A stretch of DNA of 64,000 nucleotides from Guillardia theta CCMP2712 (Eukaryota > Protista > Cryptophyta), in the NCBI RefSeq assembly GCF_000315625.1, contig NW_005434618.1, positions 387,604 through 451,603 on the forward strand, read 5' to 3'. The notes beneath the pieces are model-generated. The model searched no databases and was not told the DNA's origin. It was given only the letters and a program-made list of their open reading frames with translations. Made by a program: the position numbers and the translations under genes. This document shows positions 36,462 to 49,889 of the stretch, piece after piece (position 1 is the stretch's first letter; the number at the start of each line of letters is the position of its first letter).

Positions 36462-37184
36462 CTACCTTGAAGACCTCTTCTCTCTCTCTATCTCTCCCTC
36501 CAACATTCGTGCTTTCATGTCCCTGACAGCCGAGGCGGCATCTGCAGCGTCAAAGATGTAGCTGATGACGGCAACGCCGTTGGCTCCCGATCTCATCACT
36601 TGATCGCAGTTCCTGTCGTTGATGCCTCCTATACCAATCAGGTTGAGGCGGGGAAAAGACTCGCGAGCCTCTTGGATAAGCTTCAAGCCCTCCACCTCCA
36701 CCTTTTCCGGATGAGAATCTGTCCGAAAGATGGTGCCAAGTAGAACGTAGTCTACTCCTGCTCCAGCTGCCTGTCTAACAGACTTCACGTCATGTGCTGA
36801 GACACCCACTATGCCACCCTCGCCCAGAGCATCCCTAGCAGCTTTGACCGTCTCCACAAAGTCTTGCTCCAGGAATCGTTGAGGAAAGTGAACGCCATTA
36901 GCTCGTACCGATGTAGCGCAACCAATGTCGCCATCTCCTACGATTATTTTCGATTTGCTCGCTCCCACAGCCTCCTTGGCCTCCTTGGCCAACCTAAACC
37001 TTCGACTACTCGAGGAGGACGGAGCACGAACAAGAATAGCATCGCATCCATGTCGACAAGCCTCTGCTAACTTCCTCTTCCACCTATTGACGGTTTTCCT
37101 CTCCCTCGCTCCCTCCTCCTCCTCCTCCTTCTCCTCCTCCTCCTCCTCCTCCTCCCTGGTTACAGCGATGATCCATGCTTTCAT
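36462..37184 (-). CDS. Thiamine-phosphate synthase (ThiE/TenI family)
   Basis: ANGVHF, IVGVSAH, GVDYVLLGTIFRTDSHP, IGIGGI, GANGVAVIS. Confidence 0.85.
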   Translation of the reverse strand: MKAWIIAVTREEEEEEEEKEEEEEGARERKTVNRWKRKLAEACRHGCDAILVRAPSSSSSRRFRLAKEAKEAVGASKSKIIVGDGDIGCATSVRANGVHFPQRFLEQDFVETVKAARDALGEGGIVGVSAHDVKSVRQAAGAGVDYVLLGTIFRTDSHPEKVEVEGLKLIQEARESFPRLNLIGIGGINDRNCDQVMRSGANGVAVISYIFDAADAASAVRDMKARMLEGEIEREKRSSR

Positions 37185-37398
37185 TCATTTATTTCATTCA
37201 TACCGAATAACCCACCCCAACCATACCACTTCACAGACCCCTCCTTCTCCTGTTTAGTTACAAATAACATCATTCATAGGTAGGGGTCACCCGATACCAC
37301 TATGTACCCCTAGTTTTAACCAGTATTTGGTAGGGTCATCATTCATCGAAGGGGTAGTTGACCATCTTTGAACTAAACTTGCGCCAAGGGACGCGGGC

Positions 37399-39650
37399 AT
37401 GGCGACGGCGTTCAGCGGGGGAGGAGGTGGCGGAGGTGGCGGAGGGAAAGGCAAGAGAGGATTCCTCCTCGGCCTCTTCATCTTGGGAGGAGTCGCCGCC
37501 ATCTGTCTCATGCTCTCGGCTGTTCGTCATACCCATCGCGTGAGTTTCATGGAGCTCGTCTCTTGATTTCTTCTCCTCAACTTTCCTCATGTGAACAACC
37601 CGCGCTTGCCTCTAACTTTGTTGCTCAGGCCGTCATGATTCAAACACCAAAGATGTCGGGCCCATTGAAACTCTCGAATGATCCGGTGCTGCGAAACCTT
37701 CAGATCAAGGCAAGAGAACTGAGGAAGGAGCTCAAGACTCGGGCTGAGCATGAGAGAGACGAACAGCTGGCTCTACTCCACACCCTAGAGCACAAGAAGA
37801 AGCTCCTGATGGAGGATGAGCAGATTGAGAAGCAGCAAGAGAGCAGAAGTAACTCTGACCTCACCAGAGCTGATGGAGAGCTGTCTCGCTCGCTGCAAGA
37901 TGATTTGATCAAACTTCACAACCTTGAGGCCATGCAGACGTTCTTGGACACGAAGAAGGCCAAGAAAGCAAACCTCAAGCAGCTCTCCAACGAGCAGATC
38001 AGGCATGACAAGCTGGTCGAACAACATGACCTGCTTATTGCGAAAATTAAGGCGTTGCAGCATCACCTTCGGGGGATTCGAGTAGCTCCAAACAAAGACA
38101 ATGAGGCCGAGAACTCGCTGATCGATCCTTCACTACAAGACAAGCTGAAGGATCTCAAATCTGCTGGGCACAAGCAGGAAGCTATGTCGCCGTCCTCGCT
38201 CGGCGATGTTCAACGAAGAATCAAGACGGCTGCGAAGCTCATCTCCGACGCGAGGTACATTCTTGCTTCCAGAGCTGATGCCAAGACCGAGCATGAGCCA
38301 GCGGTGATCTCTGCAAGATCAAACTTGCGAAAGGATCTTGACGCAATGGAGACGGTGCTCCTGTCGCTGACGCGTCGCAGCCTGGATGGGGATAATGCAG
38401 GCAAGCAGCTCGCCATGAAGTTGGAAAAGCTGGTAGACCAGGCGATGGTCGAAACCGATATTCTCCTGGATTCGCATGACAAGTCGCATGTGGAGGGGCA
38501 GCTGATGAAGACGGAGATGAGTGACGTTCAACGTCTGCTGGAGTCGAGCTCCTTGTTCGGACCTCTCGCTACTAAACAATCGCTGAAGTCTTCGAGCAAG
38601 ATAAAGAGTGCGAGCAGCCTTGGGCTCAAGGGCAAGAGAGAAGAAGCAGCCGCTTCTCATGATATCCCCAAGTCGCAAAGAGACAAGCTTGCTTCCATCG
38701 ACAACACCATGACGAGGAAGCGAGCACTGAAGCTCGCGGAGACTGCCTTGCAGGGAAGTGTGGACTACTTGAAGCGGCTCGACCCCAAGGCTCCTTCGTT
38801 GGCAGATGTGTCGAGCTCGAGCTACTCCAAGTGGCAGGAGAAATCAGCTGTGTCGCACGCAAAGCTCCTTGCCATGCGACGAAAGCTCAAGGGCCTTCTG
38901 AGAAACGTTCTGGACACGAAGGATCTGAACAGCCGTCAGGATAGAGAGCTGAACGCGGACATCGCTACTCTTCTTTCTGTGACAAGCGCGGCTGATCCGA
39001 AGGAGTACGATAAAATGCTGAAGCAAGCGATCAAGCAGAACGAGAATGTCTTGTCTTCGTTCAAAGATGCAGAAACTTCAGCGGACCGCAACATCAATGA
39101 CGAGCTTTTAACGGCGGACTCTGTGTTTTCTGATGTGCCCGAGAAGCGGAAAGTCAAGGACAATGAGGTGCAAGAAGCGATGAGGGCGGCCCATGAGATC
39201 GAGCAGAAGATGCACCTCGTCTTTCCCCAGGGCAAGGAATTGAAAATGCCGAGCGTGCCGAAGCACAGGCCCGGCAACTACATCCCAGGCATCGGGCTAG
39301 TACACAAGCAGCAAAGTTTCTTGAGCGAGCTGTGGAAGCATCACCGTGTGCCTATCTCAGAGGCAGAGAGGAGGATGGACCCCACCTCTGCCCACCTGCG
39401 GGTATCTACGGGTCCCAGGCTCAATGACGACGGTTCACTGAAAGTCAAGAGTGCTGGAGGTCCAGCTGGGGGGGTCGAGCCAAGCGGGTGGGCGGTGGCG
39501 CAGAGGTCAGCGAGGAGTGCGATGAAGGACGGGAAAGAGGTGGGACGAGCCTTCGAGAACGCCATGGGGTGGGCCCTCAACGGCATAGCGACCGACAGGC
39601 ACAGCAGAGCGACGGGGAGTAGCGGAAACTCGCTTTGGAAGTACATTTAA
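37399..39650 (+). CDS. Hypothetical membrane-anchored coiled-coil protein (2 exons)
   Basis: Exon 1 with TM FLLGLFILGGVAAICLMLSAV, GT-AG intron ~37540-37628, long open exon 2. Confidence 0.7.
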
Positions 39651-39751
39651 AGGGAGAAACTCGTTAATCGCCCCTCGTGTTGTTTAGCTAACCCGTTTAT
39701 ATGAAAACTCAGAAAGTCTCCCTGGGGATAGGCCGGCGCTTTTCAGGCTGG

Positions 39752-41257
39752 TCACAAGTGCACATAAGAGCCATTGGACCCTCGCCCTCCATCCTCCTTC
39801 CCGGCCATCCCCCCACGACCTGCTGACCTGCTCGGACTCGCGGGCACGGCAAGGGGCAGCGGCTTAGTCCCGCTGTCACGGTTCCCCTGTGGAACCATGC
39901 TTCGCCCGTCGCCTGCTGCTCTAGCACGAGAGCAACTGAGGTCGCTCAGTCCTCCTACCATCAAGTCCCTCATGATACTCCGCGTGCTCCACCCGGTTGT
40001 CTCCTCTGCTGATCTTCGCTGTTCTTGCCCTCTCTGAGGACTCGTAGAGCTTGTGCTGCTTGAACCCGCCCAGGTCTTCGAGACGCCCACGAGACTCGCT
40101 CCTTCTTTCCTTTGATGCACATTGAGCTTGAGGTTGAGCATGCTTCTTGGATCTTGTGACGCAGGTTCTCTATCCTCGAAAATGGAGAAATGCGATCGTT
40201 GGTGTAAACTCGTGTCGTAGGCGGGAGCAAAACCAGCAGCTCCATGCAGTTTGTTCGTTCCCCCTGAGCTGGGGAGCCGAGGGAAGAGCTCGTCGATGTC
40301 GGGCAGGAGGCCCGTGTAGGACTGGAACTCCAACCTGGTGCCATGTACCCGGAGTTTGGAGCTCTTGTCCAGCATGAAAATTCTGTCTGCCGGGATCCCC
40401 ACGGCCTTGTAAGCAATTGCGTCAGTCTCGTGGTTGCCGAAGCCAGCGACGAACACGCTGGTTTCAGTGCCGAGTCTCGAGCCCTTGCGGGCCTCGTCGA
40501 AGAGCTCTCTTATCTGCTGCAGCACTCCGACCTTGAAGACCTCATGCTTCGCCTGCAGCGCCTTCATAGTCCCGCACGCTTGCGTGATCAGCGGCCCCTC
40601 CGGCAGCGTCGAGTCGCCTACACGTCCAGCAGTCGCCAGAAACTCGCGGGTGCGGTCGGCGAGGGTGATGGGGCGGGCAGTGAGGAAGAGGAGGACGTAG
40701 CCCGCCTCACCTACGGCCGTCAGGAACTCTCGCACACCCTCATGCGTGTAGTCTGCGGTGAAGGCAGAGCTGAGGTCAGGGGCCCAGGGGTTGGAGGAGG
40801 TGAAGGCGTTGGAGAGGAACGAGGCCGTTCCCTGGATCTGCGAGGCCACCAACCCCCGCACGTCTGACCGTGTGATGGTCCCGTCAATGTCCACAACCAC
40901 CAGACGGTCGGTCTCGTCCAGCAGCCACAAGCTCGCCGAACACACGACGGGGTCGGAAGTCACTTCCAGGAGGTGAAACTCAATGAGGTTCTTGCCCTTG
41001 GTCAGCGGGATGGTCGACAAGACCTCGCTGCGGGGACGGAGGTCGCCACCGGGAAACTGAAAGCAACCCTGCTGCTGGTTGTTGAGCATCTTGAGCTCTG
41101 TGTCGCACTTGTTCACGTGGATCGACACCCAGGCGGTGGAAGAGATGGACTTGTTTGGCAGCAGGTTGAAGTCTGAGCAGCGGATCTTCCCGTCCTTGCG
41201 GATGAATGCGATCACGTCCGTGGCATGGAGCTGAGCCAAGCCGGTCACAAGCTCCAT
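39752..41257 (-). CDS. Lipin/LNS2-domain phosphatidate phosphatase (PAH1-like), intronless
   Basis: VVVDIDGTITRSD, FLTARP, LPEGPL, AGFGNHETDAIAYKAVGIPADRIF. Confidence 0.9.
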   Translation of the reverse strand: MELVTGLAQLHATDVIAFIRKDGKIRCSDFNLLPNKSISSTAWVSIHVNKCDTELKMLNNQQQGCFQFPGGDLRPRSEVLSTIPLTKGKNLIEFHLLEVTSDPVVCSASLWLLDETDRLVVVDIDGTITRSDVRGLVASQIQGTASFLSNAFTSSNPWAPDLSSAFTADYTHEGVREFLTAVGEAGYVLLFLTARPITLADRTREFLATAGRVGDSTLPEGPLITQACGTMKALQAKHEVFKVGVLQQIRELFDEARKGSRLGTETSVFVAGFGNHETDAIAYKAVGIPADRIFMLDKSSKLRVHGTRLEFQSYTGLLPDIDELFPRLPSSGGTNKLHGAAGFAPAYDTSLHQRSHFSIFEDREPASQDPRSMLNLKLNVHQRKEGASLVGVSKTWAGSSSTSSTSPQRGQEQRRSAEETTGWSTRSIMRDLMVGGLSDLSCSRARAAGDGRSMVPQGNRDSGTKPLPLAVPASPSRSAGRGGMAGKEDGGRGSNGSYVHL

Positions 41258-42129
41258 CGTTCAGTCAGGCAACGCAAACAAGTGTCAGCAGATGGAGCCC
41301 AAGAACATGTAAGGCTTCGCCCTTGTCCTTCCTGCTCAAAACGCAAAGAGAAATGATGGCTGGAGAGGAAGTACCATGAAAACTTGAAGATACATCCCTC
41401 TTGAACACGAATTATGGTGTTTGCAACCAAAGTTGTCTGACATTCGTATACCCTACGTGATGTTGTTCTCCGAGAGCCAGTATTTGAACCACAGAGTGCT
41501 GCTGCTCCTCCTCGCTCGAAGCTTCTTCTCTTCTCTTCTCTTCTCTTCTCTTCGCTTCTTCTCTTCTCCCTCCTGCTCCTATTTTATCTCGACTGTCTTT
41601 ATTAGGTTTTAAACATTTGTGACTAAAAGCTATTTACCAATACGAGGTACAAACGTATATCGCTGTGGTACTGATACTAAATTTATGTTATATCCTTGTA
41701 GTATTGTTCCATGGGATCTATAATCATATTTTAAAATTGTAGAATTGCACAATTCGGGAGAAATAGCTCGAGCGTCATGGCAGTGAGGAGGAGGAGGGAG
41801 CAGGCGGAAGAGCGACCAGCAGAAGGTGACATGAGCTCCTGAACTCTTCCTCCTCCTGGCCTTGCTGACCTTCTTCATCTTCCTTCTCTTGCTGACATTC
41901 TTGATCTTCCTCCTCCTCCTCCTCCTCCTCCTGACCTTCCTAATCTTCTTGATCTCCTTCTCTTCCTAATCTTCTTGATCTCCTTCTCTTGCTGTCTTTC
42001 CTGCTCTCCTTCTCTTTCTCTCCCTTTGCCGTGCAAGACTTTACCCTCGCCAATTGAACTGTCTTCCGTTCATGATTGTGTGATGCTTGTGGCTTCTACA
42101 GACTTCATTGTTTAGTTCAAGTTCTGACG

Positions 42130-42581
42130 TCTCCACAGAACAACTGGATTTACCCAACCCACTCACCCTTCGGGCGGTTGGAAAGATATTTCAGAGGAGG
42201 TGGATTGTTCCAGCTGCAGTCATTGCTGTCTGTTTGTTTGTACATGTGTCCGGAATCTTCTCGGATGACGTTGGAGGAGGAGTCAACCCGGCGGCCTTCA
42301 ATTTCTCGGAGAAGCTCGTCAAGCCTCTTCAGTATGCCCGGTATGGCTTAGCTGGCGGCGCCATCTTCGCGAGTGTCATGTGGGTCCTCGTCGTCTCTCT
42401 TTCCGACAAGGCCGAGGGGAAGCCGACAGGACCGTCGGAACACTGGGCACAGAACGACGCGATGCTCCTTGCTGTGCTGCTGGGGCTCGGCATGGCAACA
42501 GGAGCAGTCTGTGCCTTCGCTGGGTACGCCATCTGGGACATTCTGAGCCAGAACTTGATGAAGCCGCCGGTCGGAGGATGA
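42130..42581 (+). CDS. Small multi-TM hypothetical protein (5' exon uncertain)
   Basis: Three hydrophobic segments in ORF 42087-42581. Confidence 0.5.
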
Positions 42582-42606
42582 GGGTGAGGCGAGTGACTCG
42601 CTTGTC

Positions 42607-43778
42607 CTAAGAGGAGTCGGCAGCGAAGAACTGCTCGATACTCTTGACGAAGAAGGAGCTCATGGCTTGCAAGGACTCAGTCGTTACTCCAGCCACATGC
42701 GGCGTGAGCTCGACGTTAAATCCTTCCTGGCGAAGTTGCTCCAACTCCTTCAGTCCACTCTGATCCCCCTCGTCGTCTATGAAAGGCTCTGCATGTTTCA
42801 GTCAGCAAAGATCTTGTGATATCACTGCCATGCTCTACAACCTTTCCAAAACACGTCCAGCCCGATGCCTCCTAGTCTCTTCGCTCTCACAAGCTCTAAG
42901 AGCTCTTTGCGGTTCACGATGCCTCCCCTTGCCACGTTTACGACGAAAGCACCAGGGTTGAGGGCGAGCAGCACGGAGCGGTCGACGAGGTTGAGTGTGT
43001 TGGCAGAGAGCGGGCAGCAGACAATCAAAATGTCGCGATCCCTCGCCATCTCCACCAGTCCCGCTTGCCCCGAAACGGTGAAGCTGCCGGCTCCTGACAC
43101 CATCGCCCGATCCCCTGCCGGCCAGTCGCCGCACCGAAACGCGACGACATCGGCTCCCAGGCACGTCAGTCGCCTTGTGATCTCCTGGCCGAGCCCTCCG
43201 AAGCCGACCACCAGCGCTCTCTTGGAGTGAATGGTTGTCCCCGCCGGAAGGCCCAGCAGCCTCTCCTCGAGCGATGCTCGCATGGCCCTCGGGTTCCTCA
43301 TGATCGACATGAGCAGATAGATCGCATGCTCTGCCGAAGAAATGGCGTTGGCTGACTCGCCCGCGGGGATGTTCCTCACAGCGACGCCATGCCGCTCGGC
43401 TGCGTCCTTGTCCACCCCCTCGAGACCTGCTCCGAACTGATGGATCAGCTTCACGCCAGACCTGCTGGCTGTCGCCACCAGGCTCGCGTCGATCCTCGTC
43501 ATGAGAGGAACCACCACATCCACCGCGTGTGACGCCATCTCCTCCTCGAGCCCAGCTCGATCCGACGCCAGCAGGTTCCACGTCGGCCTCCTCGAACGCG
43601 TGGCATGCAGCGAGAGAGGAAAGTCTCGACCGCAGAAGAGGATGGTCAAGCGAGCATGGCGGGAAACCTGGTGGCCCCGGGCGATGCTGCTGCCGCTGCA
43701 TCTCCACCGCCTCGTCGCCTCTGCACGGCGAACAGCCAACAATATAGGCATGCTCGCATGGCTAGCGAACCTGCTCAT
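42607..43778 (-). CDS. D-isomer-specific 2-hydroxyacid dehydrogenase (2 exons)
   Basis: QFGAGLEGVD, LVVGFGGLG, VVNVARGGIV, GLDVF, exon 2 LTPHVAG. Confidence 0.88.
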
Positions 43779-43849
43779 TGCTAACTGTCTGGCAGGGGGC
43801 TGCACTGGAAGAACAGCGCTTCTAGATGGGGTGTAGCAGGTGGAAAAGG

Positions 43850-44260
43850 GAACAAGAAGAACAAGAAGAGAACAAGAAGAGAACAAGAAGAGAACAAGAA
43901 GAGAACAAGAAGAGAACAAGAAGAGAACAAGAAGAGAACAAGAAGAGAACAAGAAGAGAACAAGAAGAGAACAAGAAGAGAACAAGAAGAGAACAGAACA
44001 AGGAGAGAACAAGGAGAGAACAAGGAGAGAACAAGAAAAGAACAAGAAGAGAACAAGAAGAGAACAAGAAGAGAACAAGGAGAGAACAAGGAGAGAACAA
44101 GGAGAGAACAAGAAAAGAACAAGAAGAGAACAAGAAGAGAACAAGAAGAGAACAAGGAGAGAACAAGGAGAGAACAAGAAGAGAACAAGAAGAGAACAAG
44201 AAGAGAACAAGAAGAGAACAAGAAGAGAACAAGAAGAGAACAAGAAGAGAACAAGGAGAG
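43850..44260. repeat. 12-bp minisatellite (AACAAGAAGAGA)n
   Basis: Directly visible. Confidence 0.95.
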
Positions 44261-44648
44261 GAGAGATCAAGGAGGAGGAGATCGAGGGATCGAGGGAGCT
44301 AGGATGGTTCGAAGGTGGAGAAAGGTGGCAACAACTCAGGGGGGGAACGGGTGATTGCCGTGCTTCCTTCATCCTTCTCTTTGCTCCATGTGTGTCGGTG
44401 CGGTGACAAGACAGGGTATGACAACACTGCTAGATGAGCTCAGAGCTCGCTCCTCGTCGTCCTCCTTCAGCGCGTCCTCGTCCTCCCCCTGCGAGTGGAG
44501 AAGTTCCGTGGGTTCCTGGATTGAATATGCACGCCGTCTGATATTCCATGGCAGGAAAACAGTGGAAGAGAGAGGGGACGACGGGATTGCCGATGATGAT
44601 GAAGTGGAGGACGAGGATATGCATCTCGAGACTGACTGTGCTGCGTCC

Positions 44649-47486
44649 TTAGACTTGGTTGTTCTCTGTCAAGACGGCCATGACGACGTCTGATATCGCT
44701 AAGATGGGGTTCACCAACATCGTGAGCAAGGAGGCAGCCCTGGACAAGGTTGACAGAAGCTGCAGATTCTCTTGGATGCGAATCGATGGCGGAGTGAAGG
44801 AGAGGCTGACTTGCTGACGTCAGCGGCTGCGGCTGCTGCCGATGTCTTCTACTGTTTTGGGATGAAGGAAGCTATCCCTTCCTTGTCCGCCTCCCACAGG
44901 CAGCAGCTTCGGGACCAACTCGTGTGCTCGTTCTGCGGTCAGCAGCTGCTCTTGCCGCCATGACCTTGTGAAGCGCGAGGCAGGCAGGGGAGACCTTCTC
45001 GTCATCCTCCAGAACGCTGGGCTGCCGGATGAGAGCGAGCCCGGAATGGTGAGCGCCAGCCGCCGCTCGCCGTTGGCTGAGGAGGAAGCAGGTGATGGTG
45101 GGGCGACTGGTTGATGCCATCGAGTCGGCGTACAACGAGGCGTCGGAGAGGATGGTGAGGTGGGCGGCTGCTGGAGGTGAGAAGTGAGTTGGTGTGACAG
45201 GTGGAGGACATGGCGGGAGTCAGGTGGAAGGGAGGAGGAGGAGGAGACTCGATCTGACAGGTTGCAGTGTCGTGTTGGAGTCTTGCTCGCTCCCTGTGCT
45301 GTCCGTCTCGTGGGATGACGAGAGACAGCGGAAGATCGAAGTCACGTCAGCATGACAGGCAGGGAGCGTAATCTGTTCGCTTGCTTCATTTGTCGTCAAC
45401 CAGCACCCAAGTCTCCAGTGACCCGAACTTGTCGTTGGCCATGCTCTTACTCCTCTCCTCCTCTTCCTCCAACCCCAACACCCTCGCAGGTCTCGCGTAC
45501 CTCCGATAAACGTCCACCTGGATGAAAGCTGAGCTGTAGGGAGAAAGGGGAGGGGAGCTAGAGACCTCGGGTCCTTCTTCGCGCGTGAAGGCATAGAGGC
45601 TGGTCTGAGGCAGGTGGCAGAAGCAGCTCAGTCGCTCCTCTTGCTGGCTGGTCTTGGCATCCACAGCTGACTGTAGGTCCAAGTAGTTGGTGTAGTTCCG
45701 GTCAGCAGGCACGTCCACGAGCTGCTGGAGGAGCTGCTGGAAGGAGCGGCTGCTCCTTCTCTTGCTGCGACTGCGAGGGGAGGACGCGAACAAGTCCGGC
45801 AGGTCCTCCGGGAGCTGCACCAGCTGCGCCACCTGCTGTGAACTGCAGACTTTGACCTGCACGCTCGTGAGCTCGTGAGCCGACTGCCACGTCAGCACCT
45901 GCGCTCCTTGCGGGGAATACAACCAGTCGTACTTGCCCAACGCCCCTTTATGCGCAAGTCAGAGAGGAAGAGAGAGGGAGGCATGAGACCTCTGCTCCTG
46001 GAGGGAGCCTTCTTATCCGCCTCTTCCTCGTCCTCCTTCATCGAAGAACTGCAGGGAAGATCACTGGAAGCAGCGTGTCTTCTCTTTGCCTCACAGCGGC
46101 TCCACAGATGGGCTTGAGGTCATGAAGGGAGCGAGGACGGGAGTGAGAAAGCGAAGAACGCTTCCCTGGGCACAAGTGACTTAAGTAGTAATAGGAGGAA
46201 GAGGAGGGGTGGGCGGTGGGGGGGGGCGGGGATGAATCCTAGCTCACATGTGAGCTCTTTTCCGAGGCGCCGGTCTGCACTTCTGACCCCATAGATTCTG
46301 CCGGGCGAGATCACAGGAGAAGCAGAGGAGGAGCGCACGTACCTGTGCTCCTCCTTGCGCTGTCAGCCGATCGGGAGCTGATGAAGCTCAGGTCTCGCCT
46401 ATCCTGGTCGCAGTCTCGCGCACGAAGAGGAAGGAGGTGGCTGGACATCCGTCAGGGCAGAACGAGTGGGGAGGACGCGACTTGAGCTTGAGTATGTCGT
46501 CGAATGACGTGAGCCCCTTCGTTTCATGCGAGGAGATGAAGGAGAGAGCTGCGGGGGCTGAAGTGAAAGGCGGGAGGGAGAAGACGACATCTCACCTGGA
46601 GGATTTGAACGAGGAGGAGGAGACGGTTGGACTTGCTGCTGCGAGGCCTCGTGCTCTCCAACAGCTCGTTGCATCCAGTGGGTGTGGAGAGGAACGAGGG
46701 AGTTGGAGAGAAGCTTGTTGAAGAACCTCCTCCTCTGGTGCTCGTAGTCAAGCTCCTCCATCTCCACGTCCCACTGCCGCTTCCATTAGCATCTCACAAG
46801 AGCGAGAGGGGAGGAAAGCGAAGGAAAGCAAGGAGGGAGAAGGGGGCGTCAAGGAAGAGGAGGACGAGGAGGACGAGGAGGAGAAGGAAATTGAGACCAG
46901 CTGCGTTCGATATAGATCTGGTTGGAAGATTCCATGGAAGAGATCCATGGCCTTCTGTTTGTCTGAATCTGTGAAACTGTTCTTGTAATACCTGCAACGC
47001 TTTGAACCACCCTGCCACCACAACCAACACCACCACAACCAACACCATCACAACCACAACCACAACCACAACAACCACAATCACAACCGCCAAAACCACC
47101 ATAACCACCATAACCACCATAACCACCACCTCCTCCTCCCCTCCTCTGTACCCTATCTTCGTCCATCTATCTCAAACTCTGTGCTTTGGACTCCTCTCCC
47201 TCCCTGACTTCGTCTCTTCACCTGTTAATGCTGACCATGATCGACTTCAGCTTGGCCTGTGCCCCAGTTCCTGACGGCCCTCCTTTCTTCTGAGCGTCAG
47301 TTCCCGCATACTGCTTCCTCCGTCAGCGCTCCTCCTCCATCTTCCTCCTCTTTGCCTGCTGTGCGATGCTGTTCCCCATCATGGTGTAGAGGTCGATCAG
47401 CTGCTGGCTGGCCAGTCCTGCCCCTGAGATGCTCTCCTCTGTCCAGTGACCGAGAGCTGCAAGCTGTTTTCTGACATGAAGGTGAG

Positions 47487-47528
<42 letters not shown>

Positions 47529-49389
47529 AAGGACAAGGATAAGGACGAGGATGGAACAGGAGCAAGGGATACTCAGAGAAGCTGGGACAAGGAGGCGAGA
47601 AGCTCACGAGAGAGCGATGCAGCCCACGTGAAGTTGGCAGATGTTGGTTCTGTCCAGACAATCGACACAGTTGGTCCGCACCACTCCCTGCTGCTGAGTC
47701 TTGACTTGATGAGTGGCGGGCAAGGTGGAAGAGGGTGAGGAGGGAGATGCGCAGGACAGGAAGAAGGAAGTGGTTTCGATGAGACGCCTGCAATCATCTT
47801 CAGCTCTCGTTTTCCTCTTCCTCATCTCACTTTGCTAGCTTGGTCAGCGCATCACTGAGGGAGTCAGACCCTTGCTTCTTGTAGCTCGAAAAGTCCAGAC
47901 GGACATGGTGGAGAAAATCCCCACTTCCTCCTCCTACCCCACTTCCTTCTCCTCTATCTCCTCCCTCTCCTCCTCGTTCGTCTTCGCTCTCTTTCCTTTC
48001 TTCCCCCTGGAAGGCTCGAGGGGTCTGATAGTCCCTCACTCCCTCTTGCAACACGCGAATCGCATTGGCGAGTTCGTCTCCGAGTTTCGTCTCGCGCGGC
48101 TTCTTCTCCGTCTGCTTCACAAGATCCACCGCATGCACGGGACGCCCGTACCTCTCCAGTAGCGAACTACAACATCATCACCTTTCGTCTGCCTTCCCTC
48201 CTTTTCCCCTCCTCCTGCCCCCCCCCTCCTTCTCCCCCTCTTCCTTGTGTCAGCAGCAGGCACCTGAAGTGAGCAGCAGTCGCATGATACATGCAGTCAA
48301 AGCGGTGCAGCTCGATGTCAGGCTTGGGCACCATGGCGTCAGTGACCTGAAGGAGCTCAGCTGGGAGGGAGCAGCCACCGAGCAGACCTGCGACCAGAAG
48401 AGAGGGACGGATCCTCGGACTTGAACGTAGGAGGAGCAGGAGAGGCGGGAGGTGAACCCTTGCTCACACACGATCTGCTCTGTCTCCACCTCGTTGGCCA
48501 CAAACCCATCAAGTGTCGCTCCTCGCTTGAGGTAGCGCGTCCCAGCAAAGCAGCGTGACCGCCGGGCAATCAACGTCAGCCTCATTTGCCGCGAGACGAT
48601 GACGACGGTTCGCTGCTCAAAGAAGCCATGGATTAGGCGCGTGGCCCAGGGCTTGTGGTGCAGCATGGAAAGAAACCCTCCTCCCTCCAGCAGCTGATGG
48701 TTCCAAGTGAACATCTTGCTCGCCTCTCCTGCCACGCGACTGCACGCATATGGGAGGCCTCCAAGGTTAGTCTGCAGAGTCTTGGTCAAGTCGTAGGAGC
48801 AGCTGAAGAAGCAGTCCTTCATCACGTCGTTCTCACTCATGTACCGCAGGTACTTCTCTTCTTTCCTCTTGACCTCTGCCCCCAAAGAAACAGCAGAGAT
48901 GGGAAGGTATCGAACTTGCTCGACCGCGAAGACTTCATGCCCGCATATGTCGCCGACGAGCCTTCGCTTCTCGATCACTGCCATGTAGTACAAGTCCACA
49001 AACTTCACGAAGCCCAGCACCCCGTAGCACCCCATCACCTTCTTGAGCCCCACCAGACCCGGGAGGTTCAACAAGCGCTCGATGCGCTCTCGGCAAGCGT
49101 CCCGGTCGAATGTCTCCCGCTCCTCTCTGATCACTAGCTGCTTCTGCGACCTGCTGATGACCAGTAGCCGGAACACGCCTCCCCTCGCGTCGCCTCCCAG
49201 AACCTCTCGATCACTGGCGGGCTCCTCCTCTTCCATCGCGCCGGTTTCCCTCTGGCGTCCATCTCTGTCCTGCTCCTCTCTCATTCGACGAGAGAGGCCC
49301 ACCATCACCATCGCCTCCCTGCTCTCGTACACCATCACCTCCTCCATGGTCGCCTCACCACCTCGACGAGGCGGGCCCACAGTCGACAT
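44649..49389 (-). CDS. FIG4: SAC-domain polyphosphoinositide phosphatase (FIG4-like); multi-exon, 3' end approximate
   Basis: LIARRSRCFAGTRYLKRG, ANEVETEQI, YVQVRGSVPLFWSQ, catalytic RTNCVDCLDRTN, LYTMMGNSIAQQ, FTDSDKQKAMDLF. Confidence 0.85.
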
Positions 49390-49889
49390 ATCGCTGCTAG
49401 CACGGGCCCGGTGCCGTTCGTCCTGGTCCGGCACATTAAATGAAATATTGAAATTCTATGATGAATTTTGAAAATTCTATATGAAATGTTTACGGGAGGG
49501 ATTGTATTATGCCTCATGGAAACTAGTAACAGGGTTCAAATTTACTTAGGGAATTTGAAAACAGAGGGCTAAAATCGTTTTAAGCTGCAACACCGCTTTC
49601 ATGGTGTATGGCGACTCCGGGAGGGAGGGAGGGAGGGAGGGAGGGAGGGAGGGAGGGAGGGAGGGAGGGAGGGAGGGAGGGAGCAAGTGATAGAATGATA
49701 AGAGAGAGAAAGAGAGACAGAGAGATAGAGATATAGACAGAGATGGAAGTAGTGACGAAAGGGTTCATTGGTGCAGGATATGAGAATGGAGATAGGACAG
49801 GGCAGGACAGGCGGTAGGGTTCGGGAGGGAAGGAAGGCAACAGAATTCGGCTGTAGGAGGAGATGTAACACATAGGTGTGAAGGGAAGA

